44,196 nucleotides of DNA from assembly GCA_010405405.1 (NCBI GenBank), contig MU004233.1, positions 11,327 through 55,522 on the forward strand, given 5' to 3'. The translations under genes were made by a program, and so were the position numbers. Below are positions 1 to 12,589 of the stretch, one piece after another. The notes beneath the pieces are model-generated. The model had not been told where the DNA came from, ran no database searches, and was given only the letters and a program-made list of their open reading frames with translations. The DNA is from Microthyrium microscopicum. Its lineage: Eukaryota. How positions within the stretch are numbered: the stretch's first letter is position 1; every line of letters starts with the position of its first letter.

Positions 1-1220
1 AAGGTATTAGGGATTGCATTTAACTTACTATAAGTAATAAATTTAATTTATTCTCTTATCTAATACTAAAAATTAATTAGTTTATCTCTTATAATTAATA
101 AATATAGTACTTTATTCTTTACCTAAATTCTATATCTATTAAATTTAAATAATAGTTAAATTATACTAATTAAGTAATATAATGCGAAAGTATAAAATAG
201 ATAGTAGTACTAAGGTAGTAGAGATTATATATAAATTTAATTTGTTTCCCTATTTAATACTAAAAATTAATTAGTTTATTTCTTATAATAAATAAATATA
301 GCGCTTTATTTTATACCTAAATCTTATATACGTTAAATTTAAAAAATAGTTGAATTATATTAATTAAGTAGAATAACGCGAAAGTAGAAAGTAAATAGTA
401 GTACTAAGGTATTAGGGATTGTATTTAACTTACTATAAGTAATAAATTTAATTCGTTCTCTTATCTAATACTAAAAATTAATTAGTTTATCTCTTATAAT
501 TAATAAATATAGCGCTTTATTCTTTACCTAAATCCTATATTTATTAAATTTAAATAATAGTTAAATTATACTAATTAAGTAATATAACGCGAAAGTATAA
601 GGTAGATAGTAGTACTAAGGTAGTAGAAATTGTATATAACTTTAATTTATTTTCCTATCTAATACTAAAAATTAATTAGTTTATTTCTTATAATAGATAA
701 ATATAGCGCTTTATTCTATACCTAAATTCTATATATATTAAATTTAAAAAATAGTTAAATTATACTAATTAAGTAATATAACGTAAAAGTAGGAGGTAAA
801 TAGTAGTACTAAGATAGTAGAGAATATATATAAATTTAATTTATTTCCTTATCTAATACTAAAAACTAATTAGTTTATTTCTTATAATAGATAAATATAG
901 TACTTTATTCTATACCTAAATTCTATATCTATTAAATTTAAAAAATAGTTAATTTAAGCTAATTAAGTAATATAATATAAAAGTAAAAGGTAAATAGTAG
1001 TACTAAGGTATTAGGGATTATATTTAACTTACTATAAGTAATAAATTTAATTTGTTTCTTTATCTAATACTAAAAATTAATTAGTTTATCTCTTATAATA
1101 GATAAATATAGCGCTTTATTCTTTACTTAAATCCTATATTTATTAAATTTAAGAAATAGTTAAATTATTCTAATTAAGTAATATAACGTAATATAAAAGG
1201 AAGGTAGGCCTAGTAGTACT
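1..1220. repeat. Tandem satellite with 211-bp and 194-bp unit variants (order L-S-L-S-S-L)
   Basis: Units start at 1, 212, 406, 617, 811 and 1005. Long units begin AAGGTATTAGGGATT and carry 17 extra bp; short units begin AAGGTAGTAGA or AAGATAGTAGA. Confidence 0.93.
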
Positions 1221-1223
1221 CTA

Positions 1224-1233
1224 NNNNNNNNNN
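1224..1233. other. Assembly gap (10 N)
   Basis: Run of N. True length is unknown, so adjacency of the satellite and the SNF2 relic is not guaranteed. Confidence 0.99.
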
Positions 1234-4200
1234 GAACTTTATATTTATAATATATACGTAAAATTTAAATAAGTCTCTTATAGTTTTTAGGTATAGTAAT
1301 ATTATTATAACGTAATACATTTAGTATAATAATATCTTCCTTACTATCTATCTCCTTATTAATAAAAGTGCCTCTATATTTATTTATACCTATCTAAGTA
1401 TAAAAGTACTTAGAAGGTATCTTATTAGTACCCTATATAGAATAACCCTTCTTAAATATATTCTTCTTTTTTTTTAGTAAATAGTCCTTAATATATAGCA
1501 AATTACGAGTAATTAGTTCCTTCTTAATCTCTTCGTTATAGACATTAAGCTTAGAATAATAGCCGTCGTTATTATAGTAGTTATCATTATCTAAGTTATT
1601 AGCTACCTTTTCTTTAGTAATTAATAAAAGTTAAGAGAAAGTAACCTTAGAAATACTAGGTAGCTAATTTATAGGACGATTAGACTTAGGCTAAATAGGT
1701 ATATTAATTATAGATTAAGTTTTATTATCTAACTTAATATTTACCTTAGTTTATATTTTATCTATGCGAGCTACTAGTTTTAAACACTAGTTCTAATTAG
1801 TCTTATCTTAACTAGCCTTAAATTTTAGTAGCTTATTATATTTAGCTTCCTTATTAGTATATAAAGTAGGAAAATAGTATTTTAAATTAGCTAGCGTATT
1901 TAGGCATTACTTACTAACGAAACTAGAATCTATATTATAGCAAACTTAGTCTAAGAAAGATATAACTATAGCGTAGTACTTAATTAACTTCTTTCTAAGT
2001 ACCTTTAGGAAATAAATATACTACCTAGATAATTAGGTCTTAAGGGCTATAAGTTCCTTATTAAATACGCTATACTTGCTATTATTAAATATAGTAAAGT
2101 TGCTAATATAAAAAGGAGGAAGTCATTTTATAAATATAGTATCTAGAATTTTGCTAAACTTATCTATATAGTAAAAGTAACTTAGTTAAAATATACCTTA
2201 AACTTTACAAGTCTTAACTAATATAGTTATATAGTTAATAGCCTTAGCCTAATAATACAAAGCCTAGTTATAGTTAACGTTAAATAACTTCTACTTCTTT
2301 AGGTTAGCTAATATAACTAGTAAGATATACGTTAGTACTATTACAAAATCTAATACGATATATAACTTAATAGCTATATTTCTATCTATATTAAACATAA
2401 CGTATAAGATTACGTACTTAACTATAACTATATAGAGTAGGTATAATATTAAAATTAGTAAATGTTCGTATTTCTAAAAAAAGACATTATTACTAGACTT
2501 GCTAAGTAGAGTCTTAACTATATACTTTTAATAAGAGTAATATATTTTAATAGTGTTAGTAAATTAATCTAGTAGTAAGCGCATAAGATAGCATTTAGCG
2601 CGTTAGCCTATACGGAAAAACTAGGCAAACGTTTAGTTTTCTATTACAAGGTTATTAGCTAGCTCTATAATTAATACGTCCTAGAGTCTTTTCTATAAAC
2701 CATTCGTAGCTATACTACTAATAGGCATACTAAGTAAGACTAGGTAGATTAAATAGTTATAAATTACTTACTATATAACTTTATTATATTCTAGTTAACT
2801 ATAGTAGGAACGAATAATAAAGATATTCTACCTATAAAGTTAAGTATATAATTTAGCGAAACTAAAGGCAGTTAGTAACTTATATTATTAAATTAGCTAT
2901 AGACTAAGGGGTCTATAAAATATATAACCTAGGATTATTTATATTCTAATATAAATAAGTTAATATAATTTTACTTATTATTTAAAGGAAGAGTTTACTT
3001 ACAGTTAGGTTTTACTATTTTATATCTATATAGTTAGCAAAGACTATACTTTTCGCTCTTCTTTAGTAGCACTCTTAACCTTATTAGTATTTAACTACTA
3101 GCTCTAACCTTTAATTATAGCTTTATAAACTATTACTATAGTAGCTTATATCTTATCTAAATAATTAGTAATATACTCTACTACCTACGCTAGCTTAGTT
3201 AGTAAAGGCATATACTTATCTATACTAGTTAATAAAAGGAAAACGCTACTATCCTTATATAGATTGTACTAGGCTAAATCCTAAATTGCTTCTTATATTA
3301 GACTATATAGAGTAGCACTATTAGCGCCTATAACGTATTGCTTACTAATAAGGCCTTAACGCCTAAACCCTATAATATAACTATAACGAAGAATTTTAAC
3401 TATTTCTATATAATTCGTTAATAGTTACTCTTTATTAGTAGCAAGTAACTAAAAGTTCTTAAATTAATTACCTATAGTAGTAGCATCCTATAGGTAGAGA
3501 AGTATAGAGTTAATACGCGTAATATTAAATTAATCGTCCTCTTTTTCTTTATTAAAACTTAAACTAATAATATAAGTATAGGTATTATCCTAGTACTCAT
3601 TATAAGTATCGTAATCTTACTAGTTATAAAAGTTAATTATAAACTGCTTATAAGTTAGCTAATACTTCTATTGTAATTAGTACTATAAAGCAAGATAAAG
3701 AGCCTTATAGAAACTATAACTCTAAAATATTATACAAATATCTTATAAATAAAGAGTTACGTAGAAACTATAACCCTAAAATTTATATATTTTTCTAAGG
3801 CTATAGTTTTTACTATGCTCTAAGTAGATAGTAAGTAAGTTAATTAATACGTAATATAGAGTAAACTTATAGTTATAGAAACTAGATTAGGCTTATTACC
3901 TTCTAAGTAGTAAGGTCTAACTCTATTATTTATAACTATAGTTATTAATCGCTAAGTTTATATTTATTATAAGATAGGTTTAATAACTAATAACTTAATC
4001 TTATTATAAGAACTATCTTCTAATGCCTTAAATGTCTATTTAAAAAGCATTAGGTTTATAATCTATAAATACTAGGTATTAGCTAAAGACTTACCTACTT
4101 TAACATTATTTATAAATGTTTAATATAATATAATAAACTCTACGTTTATTAGATTAAACATATACTCTATAGAGGTTTATAAGAAGGTAAGGAGCATTTT

Positions 4201-7200
4201 ATTACTATCTAGATCTTTAGGGTATTCTAGGTTAAAATTATAATTATATATAGTAAGTAATTCCTCTAGGCTAAGTAGAATTTCTATATCGCTTATCTAG
4301 TTATTTATAAACTACTATATTATATTCTATCCTATTTTGAGATACGTATTAAGTAACTAAATTTTGTTAGGTACTAGGGTACTAGAAAAGCTAATAATAT
4401 ACTTTAGATAGCTAAGCAATATTAAGAAATTACTTATACTACGAAAACTTAAGGATTTTTCGTTTTTAATATAGTATATTTTATTAATAATAATTTATTA
4501 TAGTTTTAGATTACTAGTTTACTAAAAAACTAGTCGTTAGGTTTTATCTTCTGCCTTTTTCTTCTAGTCCTTATAGTCGTTTTCTAGTTTAGAGTTATAA
4601 AACAACGCTTTATTATCTTCTTCTACCTATACTATCTTTGCCTCCTACTTAGTAGCTATAATAGCGTCTATATCTTTAATAACTAAGCTAGCTTTAATAT
4701 TATTATTAATAGTAGTATTAGTTTGTCTAGCTAAATCGCCCTTAATATTATTAATATCTAGCTTTACTTTGCTATATTAGCGTTATTTAGGGCCTACTTT
4801 TAGTATAGTATTACTAAGCTTTAAAGTAGCAAAGGCGCAAGCTATTAAGGTAGTTTATAGAACTAGAATAATTAAATACTCTATCTCTTCTTTAGTATAA
4901 TTAATATTAGCATTATACTATTTATTAAACTATTTTATACTAGGTAGAATTAACTTAAACTAAGTAGAACCTTTATACTGCCTAGCTTACCTATACTATT
5001 AGGCAAAGCGTAGGAGAGGAAAGCCTTATTTATTAACCTTAACGTATTAAACTTCTTTAGTAGGCAAAAAATCTAGCAAATAAACTAGGGGTTACATATT
5101 ACTCGTATTACTTTCCTATAATATATTTATACTAGCTAGATAAACTATAATAGTTAGAGCGTAGAGTTTAGTACCTTTTAGAGTAGGATTATTTATAATT
5201 ATATTATATATTTTTTAGACATATATATTAGTATATGCCTTTACTACTATAAAGGTAGTTAGAGTTTTACCTAAACTTATCTTACTTACTATTAAAGCTA
5301 TATAAGTAAAGCGATTAATTAGTTTGTAGATAATAGCTACGTCTAAAATATAAAGTTAGTAATAGGTTATAAATAGAGTAAAGGAAGAATTTAATTTACA
5401 TTACTAAGACTAGATATAATATATAACCTAGGAATATATATACTAGACGTACTTTAATATTCCTAGACAGCATATTTACTAGTAGAGTATTACTAGGGCA
5501 AGGGTAGAGTTAAAAACTTACTAATTATTTAAGAGACTAAGGGCGTAACTATAGAGTTACTACTATAATTAAATAGATTTATATAGCTAGGCTTGTCTAA
5601 TTTATAGTTTCCTAAAGAATACGTACCCTCTTTTATAGTATAACGATAAGTATCTAGAATATTATTAGGTATATCTCGTCCTAGTACTTTTAAAGCTACT
5701 TTAAAACTTATAGTATAATCTAATATCTCCTATACTATAATATTTTATACTACTAATTTTAATTAACTAATAGTCTAGTTAAGTATAATTTTTTCTTTAT
5801 TACTTATCTTAGCACCTATAGCTTAATTAATTATAAGTTTACTAAACTTACGTACTATAGTAGTATACTAATTAGTTACTACTTCGTCTAAATACAAAAG
5901 TTAAGAGTAGTAATTAGTAATAGCACTAGAAAGACCTAAGCTATACTAAATGCGTTTAACGTTAGCCTAATACTTAACTTCTTATATATCTATAACTAAA
6001 GGACTAACCTATTTGACTTATAGAGCTAATAATTACTTAATTATAGCTATATAGGCTATAGGTTAGAGACGACAAGTAGGCTATTTTTTTATAGCGCCCT
6101 TTGTGTTTTTTATAGTATATACTATTTTAGAAATTTCCTCTATTAACTAGTTCTTTAAATTTAGGCCTATATTAAGCATATTGCTATCTAGTAAAATACC
6201 TATACTACCTACTCTAAAAATAATACTATTACTACGCAAAGTTTTTAATACTACTTTACGTTTAATATTATCTATAACTATATAAGTTATATTATTATTG
6301 TCTAGATTATCTTTATTATTCGTACTAAATAGATTCTTTTACTACTATATAACAAAATCGCGTTTAATATTGCTATAGAACGTAGTAAAAAGGTTCTATA
6401 TAGTTTAGTAATCCTTAAAAGGATCTAATTTACTATACTTAGCAATTTTCTATTTCTAATTTAGGAATAAGTGTAGATTTTTCTTAATAGTATTAATAAT
6501 ATAATTAAAAGTAAATAATACTTAGTTCTAATCCTTAATAAATATACTATATATATAATTTATACTATATAGATATATCGTATTTATATCTCTAGGTTAA
6601 TAGACCTCATTAAATATTTTAAGTTTAGCTTAAATAAGGTAGTAAAGGACATAAATAACTAACTTAATTAGGTCTATAGGTTTTAGCCTATTACTATTTT
6701 TAAACTTAATAGGATAGTCTTACTCATAATTAGCTAGCTAGTTTAGGTACTAGATAGGAAATTAACAATATAAAGTATTAAGTACTAACTATTAAATAGC
6801 ATTATTTTCTAGGGAGTTATAAAGAATTTAGAATATAGAGATAATTTAAGGTTTTATAAGCATAGTGTAAGCTTGCCTAGTTACGCCTTTTGCATCTATA
6901 TTCTATAATATTTATACGAACTAAAGATACATACTAGCGTTAGCTTATACTAGATTATTATTAGTAAATAGGTCTAGGTTAATATAGGTTAGACAATACA
7001 TACCTTATATTATTATAAACTTTTCTAAATCTTTAGCGTATAGTAAGTCTAAACCAAGATATAAAGCTAGCTCTTAATTACTTAAAGTGCTACTATATAC
7101 CTACTAGTATAAACTATCTAATCCTTTAAGTACTTTAAACGTTATATATCCTTTTATTACTATAGACTCCTTCTATTTATTAGACTATATATATATTCTT

Positions 7201-8069
7201 AATTAATCTTTAAACTTAACTATTTTTAGCTATAGCTTTTATAATTTAGGATAAGTAATTAACGTATAGTAATATTTAATACGACTAAACTAATAGAAAA
7301 GATAATACTAAAAATAGAGTCGTAGTACATTCGTAGTAACTTTTACGTAACTAATGTACCCTTTTAGCCAATTTTCTATAGAAAGTTAGCTAAGTTTAGG
7401 AACTACTGCGACGCTAGCTAAGTTATATATTAAAGGCATATCTATTATATTAATATCTTTATCCTTATCTACATTAGCATAATTAGTTTACTAGGTAGCT
7501 TACTTGTACTTATAAGAGAGTTTACCTAGTTAATAATTGTCGTTATCTTTATATTTATCCTTATTAGAACTTTAATATAATTAACGTTTACGTTTAGTCA
7601 TTTAGCGTAGGTTTCTCTTAGTTGCTTAAATTTTAAGCTTATTATCGCTTTTAGTAATTTTAAGGTCTAGGTACTTAATCTTAATTGTATTAAGATATTT
7701 ATTTACTATACTTAGCTTACCTTCTTAAGATTACTTTTAATTTGCGTTTTCCTATTCTAGTATTATACTAAGGTTTTTTACCTTTTTTATTAAGAATTTT
7801 ATTTTTCTGTACGCTTTCTCTATAGCCTTATCTAGTTTTAATATAACGTTAAGAATAGTATTTAGTAAAGATTTACGAGGCCCTTTACCTATAAGTTACG
7901 TTCTACTACCTACTAGAGCTTTATAAGCCACTTTAGCTATAGATTATATACTACTAGCTAGTAGAGTTTTATAAGCTATTTAACGCGTAAGTTACTAACT
8001 TAAGCCTAGATAAGACGTTACTAATTTGTTATTATCTTTAGAGTCGTTTATATTTACTACTATACGCAT
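1234..8069 (-). pseudogene. RIP-inactivated large SNF2-family (SF2) ATPase/helicase
   Basis: Minus-strand motifs occur in the correct order. I (5263-5298) reads ALIVSKISLGKT, de-RIP ~ALIASEMGLGKT. Ia (~5113-5157) ~PTIIVCPASxxxxW. II (4474-4485) NKIY, de-RIP DExH, followed by IKN. III (~4369-4392) ~GFSGTPVPN. V (~2690-2740) ~VLLSMPIGGVATNGLQ. VI (2603-2635) *TFA*FFRIG*, de-RIP QTFARFFRIGQ. Candidate ATG at 8069; the frame appears to run into the gap. Confidence 0.9.
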
Positions 8070-8120
8070 AATAGAGGATATATATTTCGTAGGAAACTAT
8101 AATTTAGTAAAGGGATAGCT

Positions 8121-8530
8121 AAGATTCATAACCTAGAAAATTAGGCTACAAGAGGAGAAAATATAAACTTAAAGAAGAGATAACTAAGATTTGTAACCTA
8201 GGAAACTAGGCTACAAGAGGGGAAAATATAAACTTAAAGAAAGGATAACTAAGATTTATAACCTAGGAAACTAGGCTATAAGAAGAGAAAATATAAAATT
8301 AAATAAGGAATACCTAAGATTTATAACCTAGGAAATTAGGCTATAAGAGGGGAAAATGCAAAATTAAATAAGAAATAGCTAAGAACTATAACCTAGGAAA
8401 TTAGGCTAAGTAAGAGAAAAGGAAAACCTAAGTAAGAGAAACCTAAAAACTATAATCTAAGAAATTAGGATACAAAATTAGAAGAGATAGGCTAAGTAAT
8501 AGGATACCTAAAATATATAGCCTAGGGATT
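8121..8530 (+). repeat. 65-bp tandem repeat (~5 units plus degenerate copies) with an internal palindrome
   Basis: Units start at 8121, 8186, 8251, 8316 and 8381. At 8191-8216, TTGTAACCTAG-GAAA-CTAGGCTACAA forms an 11-bp stem with one mismatch. Confidence 0.9.
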
Positions 8531-9439
8531 TTAGCTAGGACTATAGAAAGTAGATAATATAGAGTAAACGTAGTTTTATTAATTAGTATTAGGTTTAGAA
8601 TAGATAATAAGATAGTAGGAAAGAGTTAAGAGGAAGTATAGAGTAATAACTTTAGTAAAAAGGTTTTAAATGTATACAATAGGCTAGCTACAGACTGCAA
8701 CCTAGGAATTTTAAGGCCTATCTACTTAAACTAAACTTTAGAATTTATAAAGAATTATAAAGAAGAAATAAAGGAACTATAAACTTAAAATGCTTTATAC
8801 TTTTTTAGTAAACCTATAGACAAATATTTCGCTAGATATTAATATACGCCTTCTAATATTTAAAAACTTAGCAAATAATTCCTAAAAAGGGAAGGCATAA
8901 TATATTAGGTAGGTAGTAGCGTTTTAATATAGATATAGAGTAAGATAGAGTATAATAGTAGTTACTCTTACCTATATTAGAATATAGGAGTATAAGAACG
9001 TAGGATAGTAGGAGCTAAGTATTAGTGTACTAGATCTATAGTATTAGGAATAACTATATATAATTATAGCATAAGACTTATATTCTAGGGTTATAAACTC
9101 TAAATAGTATATGTCTATTAGTAATTTAGATCTACTTTATATCTTATTTCGTTTAAGTATCTATAATTCTAGGGTTATATTCTATAGTAAGTTATATTAT
9201 CCTTCTAAATAGCAATATTCTTTCTAGCGAATTTAAAACTTATTACTAATTCCTAAGAAGATATTTAATATATTAGATTTGCATTATTCTTATATAATAG
9301 TATTATTAGGATAAATAATAGATTAATTACTATTAAATAATACATAGGTATAGTGTAAATTTTTATATTTAATTAATAGGGCTAGGTAGTTTACTACTAT
9401 ATATTATCTACCTTATAATTCTTTTTATATACTAACTAA

Positions 9440-10770
9440 CTTTTATTATTTATTCTTTTTATTTCTTTTTTTATTTGTCCGTTATTACTAATATAGTTAT
9501 TATAATTATTAATATTATTATTATTTAGTTTTTTATACTCATTATAATAAAGATAAGATATTATATAGTTAAGTTAGAATTATAGTCACTATAAATCGTA
9601 TAACGTAAGTATATCTTAGTTACTATAGAAGAGAAGATTTAGATAATTTCTCTATTCTCTATAGCTACTACTTCTTCTTCTTCTTGTTTTTTGGCTATAG
9701 CTTTCTTCTTAAGCTATAGACGACGAGCTTCTTTGCGTCTAATAAGGATAATAGCTACCCTATATATATTATTACTAAGCCATAGTAGTATAGTAGAGTG
9801 ATAAATTATAGTATCTTAGTTAAGGCTAACTATATTAACCTTATTAAGTCTAGTAAATTTAATCTTTAATTCCCTAGTTACTATAAGCTTTATAAGGAGA
9901 TTAGGGTTCTATTTAAACTTCTGCTCAGTTCTAAAATTTAACGCTTTTTAATAAAAGTAATCTTTCTATCTTTTTTATAAGGCCTAGTTATTACTATATT
10001 TTATACCTTAAGCTATCTTAGGGGATATATTGTTTACTACCTTTTTGATTAATACTTTATACTTAGAGTAAATAGCCTAGGTAATTTTAATATAATATAA
10101 TACGCTATAAACGCGAATTAGCTTATACTATTAGTTGTAGGGTTATACTCTTTTAATTATACTATCTATTCTAAAAAGGTATTTAATAGAATTTTGTACG
10201 TTAGTATAGATATTAAAATAATCTAGTTAAAGGACTATTAGAGAGTTAGATAATAGATATAAGAATCTAAACTCTTAGTCTAATTATATAGTTAGAAAAA
10301 TAGTATCCTAGTATACTAAAGAGATAGAAACATAGTTAATTTAGTTATAAGGTATTAGAGGCAGTAGCTATAATCTATGCATAGCTAAAGGAATAATACT
10401 ACTAATATTATTAATAATTATCGCTTAGGTAGAACTAGTAAGAGTTATTAGCGACGAAAGAATAGATACTAAACTACGCTTATCCTACGATATAGTTAAT
10501 ATTTTAGCAATTCATCCTATCTAAACTTTTTAGCTATTGTTCTTTATAACCTTAGCTTTAGTAGGTTTAGCTTTAGTTGCCTTAGTCTACTCTTTAGTTA
10601 GTTTAACGTTAATAATTAATCTAGTAGTGTTAGACTTAACCTTCTTATCTAAAGCTTTAGTCTTTTTACTAGTTATATTTACCTTCTTTATAGTAGTTAC
10701 TAGCTAACCTTATATACTTTTAGCTATACCTATAGAAGAGTAGTTATTACTAGCTATTTTGCTAGGTATA
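9440..10770 (-). pseudogene. RIP-inactivated NADAR (YbiA/DUF1768-like) domain protein with Lys/Ala-rich N-terminus and charged C-terminal tail
   Basis: Minus frame reads QKFK*NPNLLIKLIVTRELKIKF (~9855-9923), matching KFxQNxxLxxxLxxTG. It then reads WLSNNIYRVAIILIRR (~9735-9782), matching WxGxNxxGxxLxxVR. The upstream HY...SP...W spacing is also compatible. Confidence 0.75.
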
Positions 10771-10861
10771 ATAAAGAACTGCCTACTTATCTAAACAAAA
10801 TATAACTAAGGAAATAATAACTAAAAAAAGGTAGGAATAAAAGGGAATAGCGACTAAGAGC

Positions 10862-11175
10862 CTACTAAAAACTATAATCTAGAAAGTAGAGGAAAAAAGC
10901 TAGGGAAATACTAATAAGCTACTAAAAACTACAACCTAGGAAGTAGAGAGAAAAAGCTAAGGAAATACTAATAGGCTGCTAAAAACTACAACTTAGGAAG
11001 TAGAGGGAAAAAGCTAGTAAAATACTAATAAGCTGCTAAAAACTATAACCTAGGAAGTAGAAAGAAGAAGCTAGTAAAATACTAATAGCTTACTAGAGAC
11101 TATATCTTAAGAAGTATAGGGAAAAAGCTACTAGAATAGTTAAGAGGCTACTAAAACATACAACTTAGGAAATAA
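10862..11175 (+). repeat. 57-bp tandem repeat (~6 units), each with the AAAACTRYAACCTAGGAA motif
   Basis: Units start near 10862, 10919, 10976, 11033, 11090 and 11148. Confidence 0.9.
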
Positions 11176-11716
11176 GTAAGAATTGTTATATATTTTATTA
11201 GTAACTTAAGGATGAGTAGTAAGGTAGGCAAAAGAGCTATAAGAAGCTAATAGAAACTGCAACCTAGGAAATTAATATAGGCTAAAATATAGGAATAGAT
11301 AATAGAGTAGTTTAAAGAAAATTTAGAGGAAATTAAGACTAAATAGTTAGAGGTTTTTAGCTTAACCCTAGCCTTATTAATATTTCTAAGGTTTTATAAT
11401 CCTTAATTTCCTAATATAATGCCTAGTATATACTACTTTAGGTAAGTACAATAAGAATTATGTAGGTTAGATATTTTATAACGCTAAGCCTTATAGTAGA
11501 CTACTATTTTAAGAAGTAATGAGTAAATTAAATATATATAGCTACTTCTTATTATAGTAATAATAGGTAATAAAGGGGGCTTTGCTAGCCTAAATAGGTA
11601 AATATTTCTAACAATATACTCTATATTAAAGGTACTATCTAAAAGCTATAACTTAGAAATATTAGGAAGTAAGTTTTAGCTTTAAATCGTTAGATAAAAG
11701 TTACAACCCTATAAAT

Positions 11717-12350
11717 ATTTAGTTATTTTAGGGTTGTAGTCTTTATGTAGCCCTTTATTAGGTATATATTCCTCTCTACTATTCTTTTCCTAGAGCTATT
11801 TTTACTATATACAAATTTAGTTATTTTAGGATTATAGTCTTTATGTAGCCCTTTATTAAGTATATATTCCTCTCTACTGTTCTTTTCCTAGAGCTATTTT
11901 TCCTATATATAAATTTAGTTATTTTAGGGTTGCAATCTTTATATAGTCCTTTATTTAGATATATATTCCTTCTTATTATTCTATTACTAGACTTTTTTAG
12001 CTATTATAATAGTCGTATATTTTAGAGTTATAGGTTTTGTATAGTCCTTTATTATATATATAATCCTACCTATTCTATACATTTTTAGCTATTATATTTA
12101 TAGTAAATTTTAGGGTTATAGTTTTAATATAGTTCTTTATTATATATATATTCCTTTCTACTATAGTTGTACTAGAAGGTATATTTAGGTACTATAATAG
12201 TAGTGTATTTTATAGTTATAGTTTTCAACTAGCTCTTTGTTATATAATTTAATATTATACTTATAGTCTATAAATATAGTTAGCTTTATCTAATAGTTAC
12301 TTAATAATGTTTTCTAGTATAATATATACTATTATTAGGTTATAGTTTTT
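11717..12350 (-). repeat. 98-bp tandem repeat degenerating rightwards, carrying the same motif in reverse orientation
   Basis: Units start at 11717, 11815 and 11913, followed by looser copies. Each has a variant of TTTTAGGGTTRYAGT, the reverse complement of ACTRYAACCCTAAAA. Confidence 0.85.
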
Positions 12351-12589
12351 ATATATCTCGTATTAGTTATATGCTATATTGTTATATATAAGGTAGTATA
12401 AAATATATACTTATTATATTTATTATTAATATTATATTTTCATATTTACAACTATAACTATACCTACTTAGATGTTACGATTAGTATATATCTTGTTACT
12501 ACTTTATAAAATGTTATCCTATATGTTTATATTGTCTATTCTATTCTCTATTATAAACTATTACATTGTAGCTATATATTATTATATTT

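Noticed and set aside
8121..12350. CRISPR-like arrays
   Set aside because: The sequence between motifs is itself repeated rather than unique spacers, and the DNA is eukaryotic with no cas genes.
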